This document shows positions 28,663-37,917 of a stretch of DNA of 40,573 bases, in pieces. Below the pieces are notes generated by a model. It was not told the origin of the DNA. It ran no database searches and saw only the letters and a list, made by a program, of their open reading frames with translations. This DNA comes from a virus. Positions within the stretch are counted from its first letter, which is position 1. Each line of letters begins with the position of its first letter. The stretch covers positions 1 through 40,573 of the IMG/VR virus record IMGVR_UViG_3300012347_000097. One strand, written 5' to 3'. The translations under genes and the position numbers were made by a program.

Positions 28663-30426
28663 ATGGCATTATCAATGGAACAGGTTGCAGCGAGAGTTGA
28701 TTCTCTACGCCTACGCAACGTCGAGCGCGATGCTCGCAACCTAGATGTCCTTTCCGTACGTAAGGGTCGTATCTCTGATGTATATCCAGATTTCTTCCCA
28801 GACGGCGTAGATGCCAACGTAGTAGCCAACTTTATCGACATTGTGGCACGTGACCTCTCTGAGGTTATGGCCCCATTGCCTGCTGTTAACTGCTCCGCAG
28901 TGAGCCAGACTGATGACAAGGCTCGCAAGTTTGCTGACAAGCGTACTCGCATTGCATCAAACTACTTCTCCCACTCAGACCTAGCAGTACAAATGTACTC
29001 TGGTGCTGACTGGTACATCACATATGGTTTCGTCCCGTTCATTATTGAACTAGACGAAGAAAGCAAATTGCCACGTATCCGCGTAGAAAACCCTATTGGG
29101 GCTTACCCAGAATTTGACCGCTACGGACGTTGCGTTGCATTTGCAAAGCGCTACTCAATGACATTAGGCGAACTCGTATCTCAGTTCCCTGACTACGAAT
29201 CTCAGTTGCTTGGCCGTCGAGGCTACGACCAGGATTTAACAAGTCAGTTAGAGATGATTCGCTACTATGATAAAGACCAATCAATCATCTATATTCCAGA
29301 GCGCAAGAACCTAGTTCTTTCTCGTGCAGCGAATCCGCTTGGTAAGATGATGATTGTCGTAGCGCGTAAGCCATCTATTGATGGTGAACTTCGCGGACAA
29401 TTCGATGACGTTCTCGGAATCCAGTTACTTCGTAACCGTTTTGCTCTCCTTGCAATGGAAGCAGCAGAGAAGTCAGTCCAGGCTCCTATCGTACTTCCAC
29501 AGGATGTACAGGAACTCCAACTTGGTGGCGATGCGGTTATCCGTACATCCAACCCAGCAGGTGTCCGTCGAGTCGAACTCACACTCCCACAAGGCGCATT
29601 CACCGAGCAGACATTGCTCAACCAGGAATTGCGCGTCGGTTCTCGCTACCCAGAGGGCCGCACAGGAAACATTGATGCTTCTGTCGTCACAGGACAGGGC
29701 GTACAGGCACTCATGGGTGCTTTTGATACACAGGTTAAGTCTGCCCAGGCAATCTTTGCTGCAGCACTTCGTGATGTTATCTCAATTGCTTTTGAAGTAG
29801 ATGAGATGATTTACCCAGCAGAGAAGACTATTCGTGGTGTGGACTCAGGTTCACCTTACGAAATCAAGTATAAGCCAACCAAGGACATCAAGGGTGACTA
29901 CTCTGCTGATGTTCGCTACGGTATGCTTGCTGGTTTGAACCCTGCACAGGGTCTCATCTTCATGCTCCAGGCACTTGGTGGCGGACTTATCTCTAAGGAC
30001 ATGGCAATGCGTGAACTTCCCTTCACTGTCAATGTCACACAAGAACTTGAGAAGATTGAAATTGAGAATCTTCGCCAAGGTTTGCTTAGTGCTATTACAG
30101 CAACTGCTCAAGCGATTCCGCAAATGGCAGTTCAGGGCCAAGACCCAACTAAGATTATTGCAAATATTGCTTCGGTAATCAAGGCTCGCCAGAATGGTAT
30201 GGCTCTTGAGGATGCTATCGCAGATACATTCACACCTGAGCCACAAGTTCCTCCTGTTGGGGCTCCAGGTTCTCCTGTCGAGCAGCCGTCCCCTGTTCCA
30301 GGTGGTGCTCCAGCAGGAGGCTCTCCAGCCCCTGCGGGTCCACCGCAAGATGTAATGAGCGTCATTTCAGGTCTTACTGGAAGCGGCGCAGCACAGTCAA
30401 GAGTAAGTACTACAAGCAGAGGATAA
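28663..30426 (+). CDS. Portal protein (587 aa)
   Basis: Called from its position immediately after the terminase and its size, plus a Pro/Gly-rich C-terminal tail. No motif verified. Confidence 0.65.
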   Translation: MALSMEQVAARVDSLRLRNVERDARNLDVLSVRKGRISDVYPDFFPDGVDANVVANFIDIVARDLSEVMAPLPAVNCSAVSQTDDKARKFADKRTRIASNYFSHSDLAVQMYSGADWYITYGFVPFIIELDEESKLPRIRVENPIGAYPEFDRYGRCVAFAKRYSMTLGELVSQFPDYESQLLGRRGYDQDLTSQLEMIRYYDKDQSIIYIPERKNLVLSRAANPLGKMMIVVARKPSIDGELRGQFDDVLGIQLLRNRFALLAMEAAEKSVQAPIVLPQDVQELQLGGDAVIRTSNPAGVRRVELTLPQGAFTEQTLLNQELRVGSRYPEGRTGNIDASVVTGQGVQALMGAFDTQVKSAQAIFAAALRDVISIAFEVDEMIYPAEKTIRGVDSGSPYEIKYKPTKDIKGDYSADVRYGMLAGLNPAQGLIFMLQALGGGLISKDMAMRELPFTVNVTQELEKIEIENLRQGLLSAITATAQAIPQMAVQGQDPTKIIANIASVIKARQNGMALEDAIADTFTPEPQVPPVGAPGSPVEQPSPVPGGAPAGGSPAPAGPPQDVMSVISGLTGSGAAQSRVSTTSRG

Positions 30427-30432
30427 GGGACA

Positions 30433-30978
30433 ATGACAACAATCGTAGGAGTGCAGTATGACGGCTTCTGCGAACTTGTTGCCGATAGTCTAGTATCCAA
30501 TGATGCTGGTCGCATGTGGACTCATCCAGATATGACCAAGATTAACCGCAGAGGAGCATTCCTCATTGCGGGTGCAGGTGAAGTTGCAGCATGCGACGTA
30601 GCCCAGCATATCTGGGAACCACCAGTACCAACCGAAAAAGACAAACGTGACGTGTACCACTTCATGATTACCAAGGTTATTCCATCACTTCGTGATTGCC
30701 TCAAGGCAAATGGATGGAACTTTGATAAGGAAGAAGAAGGCGCTACTACAAGTCGCTTCCAATTCCTTATGGCGGTCAATGGAGAACTATTCGACATTGG
30801 CGATGACCTATCAGTGATGCGTGATGCAGACGGTTTCTACGGTGTAGGCTCTGGCGCGGACATTGCACTAGGTGCGCTACACGCAGGAGCGGATGCGGAA
30901 GAAGCAGTAGAGATTGCTTGCAAGATTAGCGCCTACTCAAGCCTTCCGTTGCAAAAAGAAATTCAACATTCATATTAA
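30433..30978 (+). CDS. HslV / proteasome-beta-like Ntn threonine peptidase (181 aa)
   Basis: MTTIVGV (Thr directly after Met), FLIAGAGEVAA, and FYGVGSGADIALGAL parallel E. coli HslV TTIVSV, IAGFAGGTADA and IAIGSGG as I recall them. Confidence 0.6.
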   Translation: MTTIVGVQYDGFCELVADSLVSNDAGRMWTHPDMTKINRRGAFLIAGAGEVAACDVAQHIWEPPVPTEKDKRDVYHFMITKVIPSLRDCLKANGWNFDKEEEGATTSRFQFLMAVNGELFDIGDDLSVMRDADGFYGVGSGADIALGALHAGADAEEAVEIACKISAYSSLPLQKEIQHSY

Positions 30979-30996
30979 AATTAAGTAGGAGGAAAC

Positions 30997-31425
30997 ATGA
31001 CCAGTGGAGGCAACCGCCCAACTGCACCGCAGAACAATCCTGGGAACGTTTCAGCAACAGGTGGAGCAGGTCAGAGCGGACAGGCTAAGACTTATATCCC
31101 TGGTATGGCAGCACTAGGTTCTTCTGGAACCGAGACAATGGCACAGCAGAGCGGTGCAGCAATGTACAAGGCTCCAACTGAGCCAGAAATGCCACCAGCA
31201 ACACCTCTTACAGCACCAACCATGAACCCAAATGAGCCAGTAACAAGTGGCGCACCTGTCGGTGCTGGGCCAAACAACATTCCTGGTCTTCCTCAGCCAA
31301 TATCTGATGACCCAGACCTCGAAGCAGCACGTAACTACTTCCCACTATTGCAGTTCTGGGCATCACAGCCTGGTGCATCACAGGGTACTAAGGACTACGT
31401 GCAATACCTAGGGACGATACTTTAA
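30997..31425 (+). CDS. Pro/Ala/Gly-rich hypothetical virion protein (142 aa)
   Basis: Track ORF with an AGGAGG RBS, TAATG-coupled to the giant gene. Confidence 0.55.
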   Translation: MTSGGNRPTAPQNNPGNVSATGGAGQSGQAKTYIPGMAALGSSGTETMAQQSGAAMYKAPTEPEMPPATPLTAPTMNPNEPVTSGAPVGAGPNNIPGLPQPISDDPDLEAARNYFPLLQFWASQPGASQGTKDYVQYLGTIL

Positions 31426-34400
31426 TGACGGCGCTTGAGAGACTCGGAGAAATCCAGGCAAACTTCAAAAGAAGCGCTGGCGGAACAAATCCCGCACTCA
31501 ATAAGGACGGAAGAGTTCCTTTCGGTCCTACACTAGATATCGCACAGGGCTTGCCACGCAACCCTCAGTCATTTAATGACCAAATTGAGGACTGGCGTCA
31601 GTCAGCAACCAAGGCTGTTGGTGAAAACCTAGGAACTGGTAAGGCTATTGGAGTTTCAGCAGCCATTACGCCAGTTCTTCCTGTACTTGGCGTGCCACTT
31701 TTAACTATTAACACTGCAGCAATGGGCTTAACAGCCCTTGATAAGAAGACAGATGGTAAGACATCTAAGATTCTTATGGCTGGAGCCAAGAACGTACGTT
31801 CTAACTACGCATTCGTAGCCGATGTTGCAAAGCATGACGCTGCAATGGGCTTTCTTGCTACACTTACAATGGTTGCTGGTGGTACTCTTGGTGCTATTGG
31901 TGGCTTTGCAGTAGCAGGTCCAGCAGGAGCATTCGCTGGCGCAGCACTTGGTGTCGCTATTGCTGGTAAGGCAGAGCGTGACATAGCAGAAACTGGCGCG
32001 CTTGGCAAGTCTTTAGAGATGTCAGCCAAGTTGTCGGAGTCTGCAGCAGGTCAAGAGACCTATAACTTCGGTCGTGACTCAGTTCACCTTGCATCAAAGA
32101 TTACTGGATGGCAGACACTCGGAGATACCTCTAAGGGTATTGGAGCAGTCACCTCTGGTCTTATCAACTTTGGTTTCGAATCAGCAGTTGCACCTGACAT
32201 TAAGGCTGTTAGCCTTGGCGGTAAGGTAGTTCGTCAGTCACTTGTTGGTGGCATCACGCCTCCTTTGGCTGGCGTTGTTGCTAAGAAGACTGCGCAATCA
32301 TCGTTCGGTGTCGAACGTATAGGAAGGCGTCTTCAAGAAGATGTAGACCTTCTTAAGGCAACTGCTGCTGGCGAGAAGACATCATATACACCTGTATTCG
32401 AGTTCTACCGTAACAATGACGCTGCTACAATTCTCGAGCGCGTCGAGTTCCGTAACAATGAGTACGGCCAGATTGGCGCTAACCTTGTAGCAGGCAAGTC
32501 CGATGAAGTTATCAGCCTTGTTCTTCGCATCGGTCGTGGTGACAAGACAGCAATCGATGAGATTGCAGTCAAGCATCCAGCAACATTTGCTGAGATTCTT
32601 CGCTATGAAGGCATCCTAGATACAGTCGCACAGACTGGCACAGGACGTATCTCATACGGCTTTACTCGCGCCAACAAAGAGACTATTGTTCTCTCTAAGA
32701 AGTTGCCTGACAACACAGCAATCATCGAAGCAGAAATTGGCGACCTTCGTAGCCAGTATTCATGGCTCGATAAGTCACTCAAGTTGGATAGCGCACTCCA
32801 GGAGCGTACAGTATCTGTATTCCCAAGCGTTGAGAAGTTCCGTAATGACATTGCGCTACAGCGTGCCAACAACAAGTTGTCTAATACTGCAGGAGATATC
32901 ACTACACGTGAGACGCTCGCTGGCAATGTAGTACAAAAACTTTACCAGAAGAGCCCACTATCTGTCCCAATCCGTTGGATTGAACGCAGAACAGATGATG
33001 CTCCTCACGCTACAGTAAACTTTAATGACTCTATCCAGAGTGCAACTCGTGTACGTACAACAATGCGTGCTACAGTTGATAACAAGGTACTTCCTGGTAT
33101 TGAGGCTAAGGCTCTCTATGACGAGTTTATTGGCGCTAAGACAGAAGGTGCTAAGTTAGCAGCCGTTGAGAAGATTAACTCACGTGTTGTTGAGCAGGTA
33201 GCCAACAAGTATGGCGTACCATCAAGCATCAAAGACCTAGTTCTTAACGAGTACATTAACCTTACAAAGCGTAACAAGGCCAAGGCTCAAGCAGCCCAGG
33301 CCAAGAATCAAGCCTACATGATTGATGACGCAGGTGAGGTCGTAGTAGACCCACAACTCATCTCCCAACTGGCTAACGGTTCTTACCTTGTAGATGTCGC
33401 ACTCTTTGACAAAGCATTTGCTCGCTACTCAAAGCGTATGGGCGAGGAAGCAAGCCTTCCAGTCAATACTGCTATGATGGGTAAGGTAGTTCTAGATGAG
33501 TTTAACTCAATCTGGCGTTACTTTACTCTTGCGCGTACAGGCTTCCCAATCAACGTTATGCGTGACTCTACGCTACGTACTTGGGGCGATGGAGCCATGT
33601 TCTACTCACTCAAGGCACTTGGTGAGCAGTCAATGGAAGCAATCGTCAATAAGTCATCACGTGTCAGCGATATGCGTCGTTTTGGTGAGGGTATCCTTGA
33701 CCCAAAGAAAAACATTCGCAAGATTCGCACACAGATTGAACTTTACGAAAACTCTTTAGGTGCTGCAAAGCAAGCACTCAAGAATGAGAAGTATGACCCA
33801 CTTAAGCCACCTAAGGACATGTCTCCTGAGTTGACTCGTTTATTGGATTATACCAACAAGATTGAGAAGACTGTTGCAGAACTTCGTCGTCAAGAAAACG
33901 CAGTGATTCAAGGTATTGATTCAAAGCGCGTAGGACGCGATAAGATTACAGTTGAAGGATACAACTTCCCAGCAGCCTTCTCAGGCCGCTTTGGTGATAT
34001 CAGTTTCCAGAAGTTGCGTGGTAAGGATGACATTCGTGGCCTTCTTGCTTCCGTAAAGGAACTCGAAGTAGCCTCTGTTCGTCGCGACCGTACTGGTGGC
34101 CATGCGATTAAGGCTGTTGAAAACGAGCAACTTCACATTAAGTCATGGGATAACGTTCTAAACAACATCCTTCGTAACGACCCTGTATCACGTGAGATTA
34201 TGTCTCGCAATGTGAAGGGCCTCTCGCCTGCACAGGTAGAGAAGGAAATCGTTGATTGGATTCGTAGCCCTAAGTCTGGCGATATTGTAGAGCGCTTTGG
34301 ATATGATGCCAAGTTAAACCGTAGTCTTCGCTACAGTGACGCTAAGGTAATCTACCAGCGCGCTCTTGCAGCGCTTAACCAGTTTGCCCCAGATATCAAG

Positions 34401-36254
34401 TTGCAAAAACTTGTAATGGAAGATAAGGCAAACGTTCTTGAACTCAAGAAGATGTATCCAGATATTACTACGCGTCCAGATATGATTTCTGACTTGGCTC
34501 TTGACCTTCTAGGTCAAAGCACATTGACTCGTCGATTTGCTAACGCAACTAAGGATGTAGTAACATGGATGGCAACAGTTCCAACTAGCCGCCTATCTTA
34601 CAACCCTTACTTCCAGGCTAAGTACGAGCACAAGTTGCAAAACATGGTCGCTGTTGCCAACGCACAGGGACGTAAACTCAGCGAGTTCGATAAGAACCAG
34701 TTTGAGTCTGTTGCCCGTAACCATGCTCTTAACGAGTATCGTTCAAAGATTAACTCATTCAACCGAGACATGAACTACCCAGCGTGGATTAACTACGTAA
34801 TGGCGTTCTTCCCTGCGGTAGTTGAGCAGTATCGTGCATATGGCAAGTTGACAATGGAACATCCTGAGTTCCCAATGAAGATTATGGCTATGTCGACAAT
34901 CCCAAGTCAAATTGGAAACGTCAAGGTGGATGAGTTTGGAACTGAGTACACAGAAGTTACACTTCCTGTACTTGGCATCAATGCTCGACTCCCTGTTTCA
35001 TGGTTCAACGCAGTTAACCCAACTGGAGGACATATCCTCTCAGCAGGTCCTGTGGCAACAGCAACCGTCAATGAAGTGGCGAAGCGTACTAATCTAGAGA
35101 ATAAGTTCACAAGAGCAATTCTGCCGTTTGGTACACAGTCTAACTCACTAGGAGCGCTTACACCTAACACGATTCGTCGTGCAGGTCAAGCCTTTCAAGC
35201 ATTCGTCTTGAAGAGTGGAGACCAGTACAACAAGGATATGAACATGTTCATTGAATTGAAGCGCAAGGATTTCCAAGACGAGTATCATCGCCAGCCAAGT
35301 GCAAAAGAACTTGCTGGTATGTACAACGAGGCTAGCAACGATAGCATAAGTTTGGCAATTGTTCGTGCGCTAGGCGCTGGCATTCTGCCATCACAGCCAC
35401 GATATGTTAGCCCTCTCCAGCAGTATGCTGACTTACTATCTAAGTATAACAAAGAGTACGGCGTAGAAGGTAACGAGCGATTCGTTAATGACTACCCAGA
35501 GTACTTTATGCTTGTAGATAAGTTGACAGATTCTACTTCTGGTATTCGTGCAGATGAGACGGCAGTTGAACTCGTTCGCAAGAACGGCAAAGTCGTCGAA
35601 GAGATGGTTGCATCAATCGGCAAGGAGAACCTCAGTGTTCTCGGCGCTGTATTCAATGATGATGACTATAACTTCTCAAGTCTAGCAAATGCTTATCTCT
35701 CAACCAACTCAGTTCCAGGAACTCGAACAAAGTTCAAGGAATCTGGAGATGCGCTAGAGAATAGCCGCTCATCCATTGTAACTAAGGGATGGCGCGACTG
35801 GAACAAGATGATTGAAGTCGTTACCCAGAACCTTAAGGATAACAACTACACAACTGCAAAGGGTTACGGCAAGGCCGTCCTGGACAAGTATAAAGCATCA
35901 TTCGTTAAGCAAGCCCAAATCGACAATCCACTGTGGTATGACGAGAAGGCTGGTGCAGGATTTACCAACAAGCGTAATGCGACAATTCGTGCATTAACAA
36001 TTGCCGCTAACTCTGACGAGATGTGGAAAGACTTGGCCAAGCAGCCACGTTGGCACACTATCGTAGAATATCTTAACTTCCGTTATGATGTATACGATGA
36101 ACTCAAGGCGCGTGGCAAGACACTTGCAAGCGCAGAAGACATAGAAGAAAAAGCAAATGCGATGGTTGCTCACTTACGTAGCAAGGACATCAACTTTGGT
36201 AAGTTCTATGATAGATATTTCGAAGGCGATACATTTGATTATGTACCCGACTAA
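31425..36254 (+). CDS. Giant virion-associated protein (1609 aa), ejection/internal-protein or tape-measure-like
   Basis: The longest ORF. Gly/Ala-rich hydrophobic helices near the N-terminus (AITPVLPVLGVPLL; LATLTMVAGGTLGAIGGFAVAGPAGAFAGAALGVAIAG). Located in the head module. Confidence 0.6.
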   Translation: MTALERLGEIQANFKRSAGGTNPALNKDGRVPFGPTLDIAQGLPRNPQSFNDQIEDWRQSATKAVGENLGTGKAIGVSAAITPVLPVLGVPLLTINTAAMGLTALDKKTDGKTSKILMAGAKNVRSNYAFVADVAKHDAAMGFLATLTMVAGGTLGAIGGFAVAGPAGAFAGAALGVAIAGKAERDIAETGALGKSLEMSAKLSESAAGQETYNFGRDSVHLASKITGWQTLGDTSKGIGAVTSGLINFGFESAVAPDIKAVSLGGKVVRQSLVGGITPPLAGVVAKKTAQSSFGVERIGRRLQEDVDLLKATAAGEKTSYTPVFEFYRNNDAATILERVEFRNNEYGQIGANLVAGKSDEVISLVLRIGRGDKTAIDEIAVKHPATFAEILRYEGILDTVAQTGTGRISYGFTRANKETIVLSKKLPDNTAIIEAEIGDLRSQYSWLDKSLKLDSALQERTVSVFPSVEKFRNDIALQRANNKLSNTAGDITTRETLAGNVVQKLYQKSPLSVPIRWIERRTDDAPHATVNFNDSIQSATRVRTTMRATVDNKVLPGIEAKALYDEFIGAKTEGAKLAAVEKINSRVVEQVANKYGVPSSIKDLVLNEYINLTKRNKAKAQAAQAKNQAYMIDDAGEVVVDPQLISQLANGSYLVDVALFDKAFARYSKRMGEEASLPVNTAMMGKVVLDEFNSIWRYFTLARTGFPINVMRDSTLRTWGDGAMFYSLKALGEQSMEAIVNKSSRVSDMRRFGEGILDPKKNIRKIRTQIELYENSLGAAKQALKNEKYDPLKPPKDMSPELTRLLDYTNKIEKTVAELRRQENAVIQGIDSKRVGRDKITVEGYNFPAAFSGRFGDISFQKLRGKDDIRGLLASVKELEVASVRRDRTGGHAIKAVENEQLHIKSWDNVLNNILRNDPVSREIMSRNVKGLSPAQVEKEIVDWIRSPKSGDIVERFGYDAKLNRSLRYSDAKVIYQRALAALNQFAPDIKLQKLVMEDKANVLELKKMYPDITTRPDMISDLALDLLGQSTLTRRFANATKDVVTWMATVPTSRLSYNPYFQAKYEHKLQNMVAVANAQGRKLSEFDKNQFESVARNHALNEYRSKINSFNRDMNYPAWINYVMAFFPAVVEQYRAYGKLTMEHPEFPMKIMAMSTIPSQIGNVKVDEFGTEYTEVTLPVLGINARLPVSWFNAVNPTGGHILSAGPVATATVNEVAKRTNLENKFTRAILPFGTQSNSLGALTPNTIRRAGQAFQAFVLKSGDQYNKDMNMFIELKRKDFQDEYHRQPSAKELAGMYNEASNDSISLAIVRALGAGILPSQPRYVSPLQQYADLLSKYNKEYGVEGNERFVNDYPEYFMLVDKLTDSTSGIRADETAVELVRKNGKVVEEMVASIGKENLSVLGAVFNDDDYNFSSLANAYLSTNSVPGTRTKFKESGDALENSRSSIVTKGWRDWNKMIEVVTQNLKDNNYTTAKGYGKAVLDKYKASFVKQAQIDNPLWYDEKAGAGFTNKRNATIRALTIAANSDEMWKDLAKQPRWHTIVEYLNFRYDVYDELKARGKTLASAEDIEEKANAMVAHLRSKDINFGKFYDRYFEGDTFDYVPD

Positions 36255-36274
36255 ACACGTACTGGAGGAAGGCA

Positions 36275-37021
36275 ATGGCTTTCAAGAATGAAACACGAGT
36301 AGGGCGAGACACCCCTGCTACTACAACCACGCCAACCTCCAGTACTGTTTCGGGATTCGGTTCAGTTACTGCTGGCCTCTTCACTAATATCGATGCCAAA
36401 CTAGCCGCAAATGGTATTAACTTTAACACTAGCGATGTAGCAAGCCTTGGCTTGATTGATGGATTTAACTCTGCTCAGATTGCATCTCTCGGAGTAATGC
36501 TTAAGAAGTTGGGTTACACAGTCAAGAACTCAGTAGGAGATATCAAGCGCCTTATGGCGAGTGACCCTGTACTAATTGAGTACGCAGATGGTGCTACTAA
36601 CTTCAACGAACTAGCATCAGTTATTGCTGCAGACTACCTACCAGCGCTTGACACATCAGCGGCTGCGCCTAATCTGCCATCACGTTCTGTATACAAGTAC
36701 AGCGATGATGATATCGACAGCCTTATCAATGAGACATACAAGACTGCCCTTGGTCGCACAGCGACACCAGAGGAACTTGCAGCACGTCGCTCAACAGTCC
36801 GACCACAACTTGAAGTAGGAACCCTATCTACTACAAAGAAGGTTAAGAACAAGAAGACTGGCGTTCTAGAGCAGGTAACAGTTCAGACACCTGGACCATC
36901 TAAGACAGACGTTCAGACAAGCATTACAGATGAACTTAAGAAACTTAACCCAGATGAGGCCGACTTAAAGAGTCGCATTGACTTCTCATCATGGCTCACA
37001 CAGAATGCGGCGGGTGCTTAA
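36275..37021 (+). CDS. Hypothetical virion protein (248 aa)
   Basis: Track ORF with a GGAGGAAGG RBS. Confidence 0.55.
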   Translation: MAFKNETRVGRDTPATTTTPTSSTVSGFGSVTAGLFTNIDAKLAANGINFNTSDVASLGLIDGFNSAQIASLGVMLKKLGYTVKNSVGDIKRLMASDPVLIEYADGATNFNELASVIAADYLPALDTSAAAPNLPSRSVYKYSDDDIDSLINETYKTALGRTATPEELAARRSTVRPQLEVGTLSTTKKVKNKKTGVLEQVTVQTPGPSKTDVQTSITDELKKLNPDEADLKSRIDFSSWLTQNAAGA

Positions 37022-37917
37022 TGCTACCAACAACAACCGAAGGTGGAGCGTCACCAGTTGCCTCAACAGGCACTGCAGATGCAGCCAAGTATGGTATCAG
37101 CGAAGCGCTTCTTAATGACCCAGTGTACGGCAATGAAATCAAGACAGTATACGACTTGTTCAAGGCTGGCAATGAGGCAGGCGCTCTAGAAGCGCTCTAC
37201 AAGAGTTCTTATTATACCACACTTAGTTCAACTGTACGTTCACGTCGCAAGGAGCAACTTGAGCAGCCAGAAGTCTACAAGGATAACCTTGAGAAGTTTG
37301 GACTTGCTACTCGTCGCCGCCTTACACAGGCTGGCATCAAGATTGACGAAGCAGCACTTACAGAGGTAATTAACAACGCTTATGCTACTGGCATGAGCGA
37401 TGCTCAGATTGATAACGCAATCATTACATCAGGTAAGGTTACAGGCTTCGGCGGTAACGTACTTGGTGACACATCAGCACTTAAGTCATATGCCAACTCA
37501 TTTGGTGTATCTAACCTGATGCCAGATTCCTACTGGAAGCAAAGGGAACAAGAACTCTTTTCTGGCGCAATTACTACAGAAGATATCCAAGCAGATATCC
37601 GCGCCAAGTCAGCAAGTGCATTCCCAGGATATGCAGACCAGATTAACAACGGAGTAAGTGTTGATGCGCTAGCATCTGCTTACAAGGGTGCTATGGCTAC
37701 AATCCTAGAGCGTGATGCTGATTCAATCGATTATACAGACCCTCACCTTCGTGCTGCTTTGCAGTATGCTGGACCTGATGGCAAGCCAATGGTTAAGCCA
37801 CTATGGCAGTTCGAAAAGGAACTCCGTTCCACAGTAGAATGGCAGTATACAAACAACGCACGCGATTCAATTGATACATTGTCTCTTAAAGTACTTAAAG
37901 ATTGGGGACTTGCATAA
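37021..37917 (+). CDS. Hypothetical virion protein (298 aa)
   Basis: ATG overlapping the upstream TAA (TAATG). The track start at 36991 would overlap the upstream gene. Confidence 0.55.
   Translation: MLPTTTEGGASPVASTGTADAAKYGISEALLNDPVYGNEIKTVYDLFKAGNEAGALEALYKSSYYTTLSSTVRSRRKEQLEQPEVYKDNLEKFGLATRRRLTQAGIKIDEAALTEVINNAYATGMSDAQIDNAIITSGKVTGFGGNVLGDTSALKSYANSFGVSNLMPDSYWKQREQELFSGAITTEDIQADIRAKSASAFPGYADQINNGVSVDALASAYKGAMATILERDADSIDYTDPHLRAALQYAGPDGKPMVKPLWQFEKELRSTVEWQYTNNARDSIDTLSLKVLKDWGLA

Noticed and set aside
29289-30515. Alternate-frame and antisense ORFs inside the portal gene: 29289..29621 (-), 29378..29800 (+), 29851..30348 (-) and 30132..30515 (-).
   Set aside because: They are nested in the 587-aa ORF that occupies the canonical portal position. 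They have no independent start signals.
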